Below, in pieces: positions 37,390 through 48,574 of a stretch of DNA of 49,853 bases. Origin of the DNA: Blastocystis sp. subtype 4 (lineage: Eukaryota); assembly GCF_000743755.1 (NCBI RefSeq), contig NW_014569544.1, positions 62,001 to 111,853 of the forward strand, written 5' to 3'. Position 1 is the stretch's first letter, and every line of letters begins with the position of its first letter. Under the pieces are notes generated by a model that saw nothing but the letters and a program-made list of their open reading frames with translations, was not told the DNA's origin and did no database searches. The translations under genes and the position numbers were made by a program.

Positions 37390-40300
37390 ATGGTTCTTCT
37401 GCCACTACTCCTTTTATTTAGCCTTGCTACATCGGTCGGAGAAGTAGAAAGGTGTGTAATCGACTCCTTTACGACAAACCTACATACTCCCCTTTCGTAT
37501 CTTTCCGATGAAGACAAGATTGCAGCATTCAATGTAGGTCACTGGCATTGTCTCTTGACCAGACTATTGATGCTCATGATGAAGATCGTTATTACGTGAT
37601 TCTAGCAGATGGAGTGGATGTAGTAGACTTTCAAGAGAGCCTTCCCTTTTTTTCTTCACTTCGTTTTCATCTCGAACTGGAATTAATCGGAGGCCAGAAC
37701 AAAGCGCTATTCGTTACATGTAAAAAGTCCTTTTTCCTGCAGCGATCGGTTAAGAAGATGATCTCTTCTTATGTTCCTGTACCAACCGTTGCTCGTATTC
37801 CTATGGCTTTAATTCACGCAATTATGGGTAAACTAGAATCCAATGATGTGTTGAACATTACGTTGAAGTACTATCCTGATCAGGAAAAGTCCAACATGGT
37901 TTCGGCAACTTCTTTCAGCGCATATTTAGAATCATCTAATGAGAAACTATGTACATGTTGTCATTTCTTCTAATCTGTAGCAGAGAGTTCGATTGTAAAC
38001 TACCTAGTTCATTCTTCACTCTCTGCATCAGATTCTCTTCCTTCAACTTCTTTCTCGATGACTCCTTCGGGTTCTTCAATACTGGTTCCTGCTTCTAAAC
38101 TGTTGTCCACTCTTGCCGGTATGGTTCAAACTCATTCCATTGCTTCAATTTCGATGGTAACTCGGATGAAGCTGGTCGGGCTTCGTTCAGAACCTGCTGC
38201 AGAGTCATCTCAACAAGGACGTATTACTAGAAGTGATCTAATAATGAAGGTCGTCTTAATGATTACATGCGTCAGGTCATCGTAGATGGTAAGTACTCTC
38301 CCTATGGTGAAGAGTCAAACATTCTTTCTAAGCATAATCTTCATATCCTTATGATTCCATTGATGTAGCTTCTTTGATTCCACATGGTCAGAATGTTCTC
38401 GTGGGTGTTGGAGATAGTGGTATTGATGTGAAAAGCACCTTCTACTATGATCCTAATCACAATGTGAAGTATGCTAAGAGTGGTCTGGATTCGAATCATC
38501 GGAAGATTGCGCTTTATTATCCCTTCATTGATTCTACAGAAGCAACTACAGGAGGTCATGGTACACATGTGTGTGGAACATTGGCTGGTAAAGCTCATGA
38601 TGATGATGTCTCAGACTACAATGTAGAAGGAAAGAGATCAGATAATAGAATAGGGATTAGCTTCTGAAGCTCGTATTGTGTTCTTTGATATGGAGAATAC
38701 ACAAGAAGAATTCTATTCTCCAGCTGATCTCTATTCACGGTATTTCGATGTGTTGTAAGAATTGAGTACCGCGATTTAATGTAGTTATTCCCTTGGTGTA
38801 CGTATTGTTAGTAACAGTTGGGGATCAATTGAGACATACGATTATGATGAGGAATGTACGGATGTGGATAAGTTCGTGTGGGAGAATAATGATATGACAA
38901 TTGTTTTTGCTGCAGGAAATGATGGAGAATTAGGCTTCAATACTGTGGGAACCCCTGGTTTAGCAAAGAACAGTATTTGTGTTGGCTCTAGCAACGGGCA
39001 CTATGTTGTACAAGATAAATTCGATTACATCTCGTATTTCTCATCTAGAGGAAATCGTTATTCAAATCGGTACGTATGATGGAATTCCATAAATTGACAG
39101 AATTATGCCTCATGTAGTAAGTATTGGAGATATGAGATCTGCGAAGTCGTTGAGTCGATATGATTGTCATAATGACTGTGATGATCACAGCGATACTATC
39201 GTTATGGGCGGAACATATCCACTTCTTGATAATCAATGGATCACTTAACATGCACTTCAATGGCTACACCTTCTGTTTCGGCCGCTGTTGCAATCATCAC
39301 GCAATACTTGACAGAAGGTTATTACCAGAATCGTACATATTTTTGTCATTTTTAAATTTCAGAGTCTGTAGATATTCGTGCTTCATTGATCAAGGCAATG
39401 ATTATTCACAGTACGGTTCCTACGAAGGGATACTGCTTGAAATCAAAGACGTGCCAAGAGTATACCAGTGATCGGAAGTATTTTGAGGGTTGGGGAAGAG
39501 TTCAGCTGGACCAGGTGTTACGATTTGATGATAGCGATTTTGAGTTATTTTTGTATTATGGCCAGATTAATAAGAAGAAGGAGAATGTTGTATTCAGAAT
39601 CCCCGTTAAGATATCCTGATGATGAGTATCAATGTGATCTTAAGTTATACGATACCAAAGCATTTAAAGCCACTATGGTCTATACAGATCCTCCAGTTTC
39701 AGAAACTTCATCGAATTTGCTTGGAAATGATATTGACATGACCATTAAGATTGAAGGAAGTTCTTCTGTATTGTATCCAAATGGGTTGGATTTGTCGGAA
39801 TATTTCATTGTAGAGGAGCGAGTGAGGATCGTTACAACAATATTGAACAAATCACGATTCCCGAGGGAGAACTGTCTGAAGGAAGAGTGGTGATTGTGAC
39901 TATTTCCCGTTATAATCTGATTAAGAAATTGCAAGTAAGGATTCTAGGAATGACTGAAATCAAGCCTTTTTCTGTTGTGTTTACTGGAAGCTTTGACGTT
40001 GATAAGATTGAGATTACAGATGATACAAGCAAGAATGAGAAGGACGAGCCTCAATCTCAGCGAAGCAATGGAATCAATATTGCGGTTGTGATAGTGATAC
40101 TGGCTATCATTATCATACTGGTGATAGTGTATGACAGATGGAAGAACCTTAGTTGTAGTGTGGTGAAAATCTGTCGAAAGAAGACTAGAGAGAATATGAT
40201 GCGTGCTGGACGTGGAAATCAATCAAATGCTACATCTTCTATGCCCAATCATGGTACTGTGAATCCTCCCATGGGATATGGCATGCCTAATCAGGGTGTT

Positions 40301-40390
40301 ATGGGTGCAGTTAATCCTCCTATGGGATATGGTGTGCCTGTACAAGCTATTCCCGTAGCTTCTCCATACCTTCCTCCTCAGAATAAGTAA
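37390..40390 (+). CDS. Membrane-anchored subtilisin-like serine protease (S8A, KP-43/TagC-like)
   Basis: Signal peptide, VGVGDSG, GHGTHVCGT, SNSWG, VFAAGNDG, GTPGLAKN, FSSRG, GGTSMATP, GWGRVQL, VYTDPP; C-terminal TM and a tail with two VNPPMGYG repeats. Confidence 0.92.
38343..38383 (+). other. U12-type AT-AC intron (41 nt)
   Basis: 5' ATATCCTT, TCTTTGAT 5 nt before the 3' end (CAC). Removal gives KHNLHGQNVLVGVGDSG. Confidence 0.85.
39215..39255 (+). other. U12-type AT-AC intron (41 nt) splitting the catalytic Ser motif
   Basis: 5' ATATCCAC, CACTTAAC 6 nt before the 3' end (CAC). Removal restores GGT-SMATP. Confidence 0.88.
39611..39650 (+). other. U12-type AT-AC intron (40 nt); in-frame GT-AG alternative at 39605-39644
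   Basis: 5' ATATCCTG, TCTTAAG 6 nt before the 3' end (TAC). Removal gives RIPVK|DTKAFKATMVYTDPP. Confidence 0.7.
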
Positions 40391-40419
40391 TGGGATGTAA
40401 TGTTTGTTAAAGAAACAGT

Positions 40420-41435
40420 TTATTGAGGAGGAGCATCTCCTTTGAGTAAGGCTAAGGCAAAGTATCGAAGTAAAGAAATATCTTCTTGAAGGAAGCGACC
40501 TGAAGATAAGAAAGCTAGACATCAACCTAATGACTCTCGATTACCATTGTGTGTTATTCCTCTCGTCATATCTGCTTTTAAATCTTCAAATATACTTCTT
40601 GTATGACTCACTGCCAATTCTTCCACCATTTCAGGGTCGATTTCAGGATTATTCTTGAGGATATAATAGACACTCTTTTTGATCTCTTCAAAGGTCAAAA
40701 TGCCTACAATTCACATCTTCTAATAAGCACCCACCATCATCAGAAAAATCAACAGATCGGAAGATGTAGTCCATACGATCATTTTCCGTTCCCTTAGTAT
40801 TAGAAAAAAGGAAAGACTTAACGAGTTGGGCATAAGCAAATGTATGAACGAAATCGCGGATATTCACAACTCCATCTCCATCATGGTCCCAAACATGTAA
40901 CATCGTGCGACAAATCTATATGAGATGGAATGGAGACATATACATCCATATCATCAACATCAATCTCCTGGAAGATCGAGACAAAATCTTCAAGAGAAAG
41001 AACTTTCATCCTACATTACACTCAATTTAGGAAACTACGAAACAATTCCATTCTTCCAGACATGAGCACGACGATAGAACTCATAGAATCTATTAATTAA
41101 CCAAATGGATCCATATCTGACATAGCGCGCAACTGATTGTACATAAAGCGGTTATATAGAGGATCCTCTTCAACGATTGATTCCATCGTTATCTTATCAT
41201 CTAATAACGTTGGTTCTCTCTGTTGCACTTGATCCGATGGCGTTGGAACATCCTACTTGTAGTAGTCTTTCTTCATCAATTTACTTGTTCCGATTGATTT
41301 TCTTTCCCCTTTGTCCTCGATTGATCGTATAATTTCTTGATAATGTACAGAGAGCCCACTATAACTCAACAAACATATCCAAATCGTACTACCAATAGCA
41401 GCAACTCCAACAAATCGAACTACCTTATTATCCAT
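40420..41435 (-). CDS. EF-hand calcium-binding protein with N-terminal hydrophobic anchor
   Basis: WDHDGDGVVNIRDF and VDFSDDG EF-hand loops. N-terminus MDNKVVRFVGVAAIVGSLYIIKK after a 34-nt intron. Confidence 0.75.
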
Positions 41436-41467
41436 TCGTAGGAAGAAATGTATGAACAAACATCCAA

Positions 41468-43038
41468 TTACTTCAACCATGTATGAACCTTTTTCTCAAA
41501 CGCTCCTTTATCATCCAGTGTAACTAATTCCACAGGCATATTGAACTCCTTCTCCACTTGCTTCATGAATTCCATATCCCTCGCTTCGTCTTCTAAGAAG
41601 GTAACTGCTACTCCCTTGCGACCCATACGCCCTGTACGGCCTGTACGATGCAAAAATGTCTCACAATCCTACATTCAACCAATCCACTTATTACCTACAA
41701 CAGTTTCATTACGCATCGGGATATCAAAATTAACCACCAGCGAAACATCGAGAACATCAATACCTCGAGCCAGCAAATCTGTTGTCACTAACACTTTAAT
41801 TTCGCCTGATCGGAAAGACTGAAGAATCTTTACTCGTTGACGCTGATCCATATCCCCTCCACGAATCAGTCCTGCCTTGTGACCATGACTTACTAACCAT
41901 TGATGAAGTCGATCTGCAGTTTCACGACGATTCACAAAAATGCATGTCTGACAGACATCCATCAACTCATACAGTGTTGTCAATGACTGACATTTCGCCT
42001 CATAGGTTGGAGTATGAATAGCTAACTACAACTGACCTCCTAATCTATTCTCTACTAGGAGTACTGTGTCCAGCCGTAATTCTGTGGTGAGTTTTCGAAT
42101 CTCAACTGCACCCGGAGCAATCTTACGAGCGAAGTGAAGTACCTTCTCATCGAATGTTGCTGAAAAAAGAAGCACCTGAATTGGTAATTGCATGCCGTTG
42201 AACATTTTGGTGAGTGTCATGATATCGGCTGCAAATGGCCTGTTCCGAAGCATTTCATCGGCTTCATCAATCACCATACACACGAGATAACGATAATCAA
42301 AACCGTTACTCATGATTGCTTTCTTAATGGCACCCACACTTCCAATCACCACCTGAGCTGTTGGATCATAGTGGACTCCTTGGATGACACAGGTTGTACG
42401 GATAGAGGTGAACGAACACAACTTGGTAATTACATCGTTAATTTGAAGAATCAACTCACGAGTATGAGCGAGAATCAGTACTTGATGACAGGCATATTGT
42501 TCTCGGACGTAACAAAGGGTGCCTAGTGAAAAACACACTGTCTTGCCACTTCCATTCTGGGCCTGTGCAATAAGATGACGACGAGGTCTACATCAAAGTT
42601 GGATCAAACTTCTACTGAGAAAGAATATAAGGAACTGCTTGAGCTTGAATAAGAGACGGCCGGTTGAATCCCATCACTTCGTACCTATCTATAACAAAAT
42701 ACCACCACAATTACAGCGCTCGAATGAATCTGGGGTCGATACCCATCTGCTCAAATGCTGTTGCTGCGAGAAGGCGGTTTTCAGCCATGACAGTCAGCCC
42801 TACATCCTCATCTACCAATCCTGACTCTGTTGTTACAAAGGTTTGAATCTCATCGGTTTGTTCCACTTTAGGAACTGTAATGTCTTTAGGAACGTACTCG
42901 CTGGCGGTTGGCCTCATATATAGACCCGACAGAGTCACGGCTGAATCTCCAGGAGTCTCACGCAATTCCGCTAGGGCTGCTTTAGGATCTAAAGTATTAC
43001 TCAAATCAGAATTAATGACAGTTCGAGATCGGCTCCAT
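41468..43038 (-). CDS. DBP5: DEAD-box RNA helicase Dbp5/DDX19-like
   Basis: [45 protein letters not shown]. Start approximate. Confidence 0.85.
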
Positions 43039-43101
43039 ACAAAAAATGACATCAAACAAACAAGCCACTTTATAAAGATAAATAATCACATTGCGATAGA
43101 C

Positions 43102-43913
43102 TTAGTTGGTGCGGAACTTCATTCCATAATCTCCCTTGATCTCCGCAGCACTCTTCTTTCCCAATTCGACATACTCACTCGCACTGTGTTCCAGATGGGC
43201 TCTCTCCTCATCTCTAAGCTTTCGTACAAACTTTGCAGGGTTGCCAGTCCACAACTAGTTCTAATCTCCCATTCACACACTCACCTCTCCAGAAGGAATC
43301 TGTTGTCCTTTCTCAACAACAGAACCAGCACCAACCATTGAGTATGTTCCTACATGACTTCCCTCCTCCAGTACAGCTCCCATGCCAATCAGAGTGTAAT
43401 CCTCAACAGAACAGGCATTCAGGATTGCTCCATGGCCAATCGTAACGTTGTTTCCAACTGTACAAGTGCCATCACAATTATGATTCTTCTTGGTGGAAAT
43501 CACTACAGCCCGATCCTGCACGTTCGTATTCTCTCCAATCGTAATTGCATTCTCATCTCCTATAGAATGAATAGGAAGAGAAGACAATCCTACCTCGAAC
43601 AACAGCATTGTACCAAACAGAAGAACCAGAAGCCATCTTAACGTCTCCAATTACGGCAGCATTGGGAGCAACAAATGCACTAGAATTTATGGCAGGAAGC
43701 TTGTTGTAGATTCCCATAATCGGACGGTGACGAGAATCTACAAATAAACACTTCCAAACGTTCAGTCTACAGGTTTCCATAAATTTATTCTCGTTGGCCA
43801 TCCTCATTCCTGCTCTTTCCAAAGCTTGACCCGTCTCGCGGAAAGCCTTTCCCGTCTGCCGTCATTAGATTTCTATATCCATTACCTACCAAATACATGA
43901 ACTTCTGGAACAT
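43102..43913 (-). CDS. Gamma carbonic anhydrase-like protein (complex I CA-type subunit)
   Basis: GKAFRETGQALER, SRHRPIM, AFVAPNAAVIGDV, SVWYNAVVRGD, hexapeptide repeats, LWTGNPAKFVRKL. Confidence 0.9.
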
Positions 43914-44368
43914 CTCGTTGTGTATTAATAGTTCTTTTGTGGAATTGAAATTGGGTGAGTATGGCCTATTTCCCGTTTCTCGTCTTGTTTATTTAGGGCA
44001 CATTTAATTCATCTCGGCCCAATTCCGGTTTGCTGAATCCAACTCCTCGGAGATATCGCTATTCATGGAATTGCATTGAAATGACATAGAAATACAATTG
44101 AAATCTTAGGCGAACAACTGTGTTCACGATGATCCAAGCCTTCTCTTCAAGAAATGATTATTCCCGATTGTTAAGCTAATGAGATAACTCATTCAGTCCT
44201 TTCAGTGGTACTTATAATGATAGGGAGATACTTTCTATGTCGAATTTCGAAATGATTATACTAGAAAATGACCAGCTATCGCATTAAGATGGAGTTATGA
44301 TGAGTATCCAGAAATCGTCTTGTTTTTGTTCAATTTGTTTCATGTCCATTCTCTCTGTGGATAGAAGG

Positions 44369-44785
44369 ATGCCTCACTTATCGAATGAAGAATTCCTATC
44401 TGAATTAGTAAATATGTCAAAGAAGACATTTAGTTCGGGTACTGTGTCGATTTCTTTCAAACGTTGTAATGGATTGAAGATTGAATCTGAAACACAGATA
44501 ATGAGGGAGTAAATTGCTTCCCTTCTAAAAAGGCAGAGGTTGTAGATGTACAGAAGAATCGGTGTCTGATTCGGGCAGTGTATAAGAATACAAAGATTAG
44601 CACAATTGTAATTATCTTCTTGATTTCTTTCTGATCTCATAGGTATCACTGAAAGACGTAGTTTCCTTCAATGCAAGTATTTCGAGTGCTCTTAGAGTAA
44701 TTGTACTTTAGATTTATTATCGTAGGGTTCAGTTACATTTTTGGAACGAAAACAAAAGAAAACGAAGTTGGCTAATAGTGGTTGA
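44369..44785 (+). CDS. SRP14: Signal recognition particle 14 kDa subunit
   Basis: LSNEEFLSEL..GTVSISFKRY, CLIRA..KISTIV, basic C-terminus; three short introns. Confidence 0.85.
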
Positions 44786-44869
44786 AGTGTTTGTACTCAA
44801 CACTCATGGGAATATACTCACCTCACAGTAGTTGCAAGCGTTTAGAACCCATCAGACATAGTGTATCAA

Positions 44870-45565
44870 TCAAACAGCAGAAAGGACAAATTGATACGAA
44901 GAACAATCAACAAACTGCACGGGAGGATATTCGTATTGTCCCTCATACTGGCAAACGCTACCCGGGACTGGACGGTCCTTAACATGCATAGCAATATGAA
45001 TACGTTGTTTTCCAGCAAATTCCAGATAGTTACACACTCGAGATAGATCGTCCAAAAATACCCCCTTCCGCTTTAGTTGAAGGAGCTCTGGAGGAACGCC
45101 CAGACCCCGCGCTAGTGCAGCTCGTAACTCATAAATATAGGTATTCCCATATGCATACACACACTTCTCACGTTTCTTCTTTACAACCTTATTGACTGCA
45201 AGTCCGGCTAATGCAGGAATTAGAACTAGGCCTCCAGTAGCTGCACATGCAGCGGCAGCCACTCCGACCCCAACAATTCGTCGATTTCGTTTTTGATGAT
45301 GTGAATTATCCTCTACATAAACAGAAATCATTGGTCCTGAAGGAGCTTCCATCAGAGGAAAGACAAGAGGAACTGCCGGAAGCGGAATCATAGGAACAGG
45401 CTGTGGAGGCGAGGAAATATATGTTGACTCTTGTACATCGGTATATACATTTGTTACAGGAGGTTGATAGGAAGCATAAGTAGGAATTGTGTTGTATGTT
45501 GCCTCTGTCGAAGCTGATTTTTCTGGAATAATCACTTGAATCGGTTTTTGAGAGTTGTAATCCAT
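44870..45565 (-). CDS. Hypothetical Pro-rich protein with hydrophobic Gly/Ala segment and C-terminal ubiquitin-like region
   Basis: Single ORF. TYIYELRAALARGLGVPPELLQLKRKGVFLDD resembles the ubiquitin fold pattern. Confidence 0.6.
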   Translation of the reverse strand: MDYNSQKPIQVIIPEKSASTEATYNTIPTYASYQPPVTNVYTDVQESTYISSPPQPVPMIPLPAVPLVFPLMEAPSGPMISVYVEDNSHHQKRNRRIVGVGVAAAACAATGGLVLIPALAGLAVNKVVKKKREKCVYAYGNTYIYELRAALARGLGVPPELLQLKRKGVFLDDLSRVCNYLEFAGKQRIHIAMHVKDRPVPGSVCQYEGQYEYPPVQFVDCSSYQFVLSAV

Positions 45566-45784
45566 AATGGAGTACTTTCTGACCAAAGGGATACTGATTG
45601 CACAAAACACGATATCCCTTATTGGGTGGATTCAATTTGTCCATACAGATTCATTTTCGAAACTAGACTGCCATACTCTCAATAATCCACAACACCTGTT
45701 GTCGCCTTATGAGAACAAACCTCGAGCTCCAAGCCATAGAGAACATTGAATCTGGTACTGATACAGTCAACAGATATAATAACT

Positions 45785-47073
45785 ATGCGCAGGACCACAC
45801 TCTTTGTTTATTTTTCATTGGTGTTTGTCATTGCGTTATTTTCAGGATTTGTATGGTTTAACCGGAGTTTGTCTCAATTGAGCAAGTTTCCTGCAGAAGG
45901 AAGAAAGTCCCATTTGCGACTTGCCTATGACTTCCAATCTCCTCAGACAGTAGATGAATATTATGCAAATACAAAACGCTTCAGTGTAGTGATTGTGACA
46001 CATAAAGAGGCACTACTGGAGAAGACATATCCTATAAAGAAAGTGAAGCTGTTGGTATATTCTTAATAAAGAATGTACTCAACATTCTAGAGAACACTCC
46101 CAAGAACCGACTCCAGGAAGTCTTAATTGTTGATGATGCCAATGATCCACCAATTACGTGGAATCCAGACCCTGAACATGTTCGTATTGTTCGATCAGGT
46201 CACCATCGTATTTATTCTTAATATTTAGATGAGAGACTGGGACTTATTCGTGCTAGAATCCTTGGAGGTAACTCTGCTGGAGGTGACCTTATTGCTTTTC
46301 TTGATGCTCACTGCAGAGTGAGCCCAAAGTGGTTGGATTCTCCTTATAGACTTATCATGGAAGTAGGAATGTGAAAAGTGGTTCAGACTAGAATAATCGT
46401 ACGATTGTCAATTTTGTTGACTTCATCATGAATGAAGATTTTTCTGTCAAGCCAGCTAGCAATGGTATTGGATCGTCTGCTTCTATTTACAAGACACTGA
46501 GACAGTTCTGGGGTGGTGGCTCACGAACTGACGATTATACGCCTATCACTATGGGGATGTTTGCTATCTCCAAATATTGGTGGAATATGGGTCAGATGGA
46601 TCCTGCCCTGCAAATTTGGGGAGGAGAGAACGTAGAGATTTCATTCCGCACTTGGCTGTGTGGTGGTCGAATTGTAGTTGCTCGAGACTCGTATGTGGCT
46701 CATTTATTCCGCACAAAGCCTTCCTACACTTACGATGTGTCGCTTGTTACAAAGAATTATATACGTGTTGCTCATATCTGGTTAGATGAGCCAAGCTTGA
46801 AAGAATTTTATAAAGAACACAATTTAGTATATACTCCAGGTGTTCTACCTGAATCAGTCGGTGACATTTCTGGTAAAGTTGAGGAAAGCAATATAATTGG
46901 TAGATCGACTCAAACTGAAAGAGGATCTACATTGTAAACCCTTCAGTACTTATTTGGAAATGTTCAAGGGTCGAACGTTCTGTCCTTCTCCGAGCAATGG
47001 ATGTGGTTCTACATATAGTGTAATACCAAGTGATATAACAGAGTCTGTGAATACCATTTTCAACATTGAATAA
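45785..47073 (+). CDS. Polypeptide GalNAc-transferase-like (GT27) without ricin lectin domain
   Basis: Type II anchor, FSVVIVTHKE, EVLIVDDA, ERLGLIRARILG, FLDAHC (DXH), IWGGENVEISFRTWLCGG, VAHLFR, GDISDRLKLKEDLHCKPF. Confidence 0.9.
46027..46073 (+). other. Candidate U12-type AT-AA intron (47 nt); GT-AG alternative at 46043-46071
   Basis: 5' ATATCCTA, TTCTTAAT 6 nt before the end. Removal gives LLEKTVLNILENTP, matching GT27 LLRTVHSVLxRTP spacing. Confidence 0.55.
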
Positions 47074-47091
47074 AGTGTTTGTGAAAAAGAA

Positions 47092-47164
47092 TTCCCACAC
47101 CGGGAATCGAACCCGGATCGGCAGGGTGAGAGCCTGCTATCCTAACCAATTAGACTATATGGGA
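47092..47164 (-). tRNA. tRNA-Glu (CTC)
   Basis: Reverse complement TCCCATATAGTCTAATTGGTTAGGATAGCAGGCTCTCACCCTGCCGATCCGGGTTCGATTCCCGGTGTGGGAA folds as a cloverleaf; followed by TTCTTTTT terminator. Confidence 0.97.
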
Positions 47165-47246
47165 CCTATTTTTAGTTCATTCTATTCTCTAATAAGGTTA
47201 GACTATCATAAGAAACATAGTGAAAAAAGGGAAAATGGTAAAAGAA

Positions 47247-48427
47247 TTACAGTCCTAGTTCTATGTATGATACCATCCAACCACCCTTACCGTCGGCAAC
47301 TCGAATTAAATCCAAATCATCTTGCGATTCCTCTTTCAGTGAAGCTGATAGTTCCTTTTGAATTTGCTCTTCAATCTTCTTCACTTCTTCCAGTTCTGAT
47401 GAGTCCAATACACTATCCATCAACTCTGTAGTGTCGTGATTGGTTGGATTATTCGAATCACTTTGTTGTTGCTGACACTCTTGTTTCTGAGACGATAAAG
47501 AGATTTGAGGTGGTGGCTGTGAAGAGTTAGAAAGAACATTCGTTTGCTGTAATAACATAGCTGTGTGACCAAGCACCGTTTGAGGTAACATTGGCTTTGG
47601 CTGAGACGAAACAGAGGGGACTGCTCGACTTGATGGAACTGATTCCCTACTTCCAGAAACTGAAGAATGCGATGAATGGGAATGATTCAAGGATCCCCTC
47701 ACAACTGATGGAAGAGGTGGATTCAAACGAATTAGAGGCGCTTCTTTTACTGGAATGACTAATTTGATGGAGTGTTTGGGAGTTTCAGCTGATGAGGGAA
47801 ATACCACCTCCATTGAAGAATAGGTTGGAGATAGTTCATTAATTGACTGCAATTGCTGTGTTAAGGAGATTTCACCATCCACAACTGAGGTTGATGAGTT
47901 TGTGTCAGTAATCACGGAAGACACCGTATTATGTCGCGACTCGTTCTGTCGATGTCGACTCACTTCCTGAATCGATTGCATCTCACTCTCAACATCATAG
48001 AATCTACAGGGAACACATCACAATTTGCCTACTCGCTGTCCTCATGTTTCATAGCCCTTGTTGGACTTCCCCATGTGATAGCATCGAGTGTACCTAAATC
48101 AGAATCGGAGCTAGAGTCACCAGGGACGGCCAAACGCTTTGACATTGGGAGTTTGATAGGAGAAGAAGAAAATACGTCAATTCGTTTCACCTTTTTCCTT
48201 CGAATGCGAACTGGCGCAGATCTAGAACAATAGCCACAATCCACAGAACGAGATCGACCCGTAGCAAGAGGAGAAGAATCCGATTTATCACTTCCGCTTG
48301 CTAATGCATGCGAATATGAACCAGAAATGGAAGCAGATTTCTGATTTAGAATATCTCTCCTCAGTAACATTTTGACTTTACTTGAATTCTTCATAGTTAT
48401 GGTAATCACTCCAGACTTACTGAACAT
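47247..48427 (-). CDS. Hypothetical Ser-rich low-complexity protein
   Basis: Two long same-strand ORFs separated by an intron-sized gap; no recognisable domain. Confidence 0.6.
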
Positions 48428-48574
48428 GGAGAATTATCAGCAGAAGAATTTGCTGCTCCATTTAATGACATTCTACTTAGGGACCAACAATGATCACTTT
48501 ATGGATAGGTGAATAATGGCAAAACCTGTTTTCAAAGGAATGATAACAGATTGAAGTGGATATATAGATTATAA

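Noticed and set aside
40255..40335. Direct repeat AATCCTCC.ATGGGATATGG
   Set aside because: It is a coding VNPPMGYG duplication in the subtilase tail, not a CRISPR array or mobile element.
41347..41392. Possible AT-AC intron in the EF-hand gene
   Set aside because: The donor lacks ATATCC, and a 34-nt GT-AG intron gives a better reading (VAAIVGSLYIIKK).
44160..44200. TTAAGCTAATGAG resembling the U12 snRNA 5' region
   Set aside because: It lacks the GTAAGGA branch-pairing sequence. The 43920-44360 spacer remains unassigned.
47066..47431. 121-aa plus-strand ORF and many other antisense or shadow ORFs in the track
   Set aside because: They overlap tRNA-Glu or well-supported genes in another frame or strand and show no recognisable motifs.
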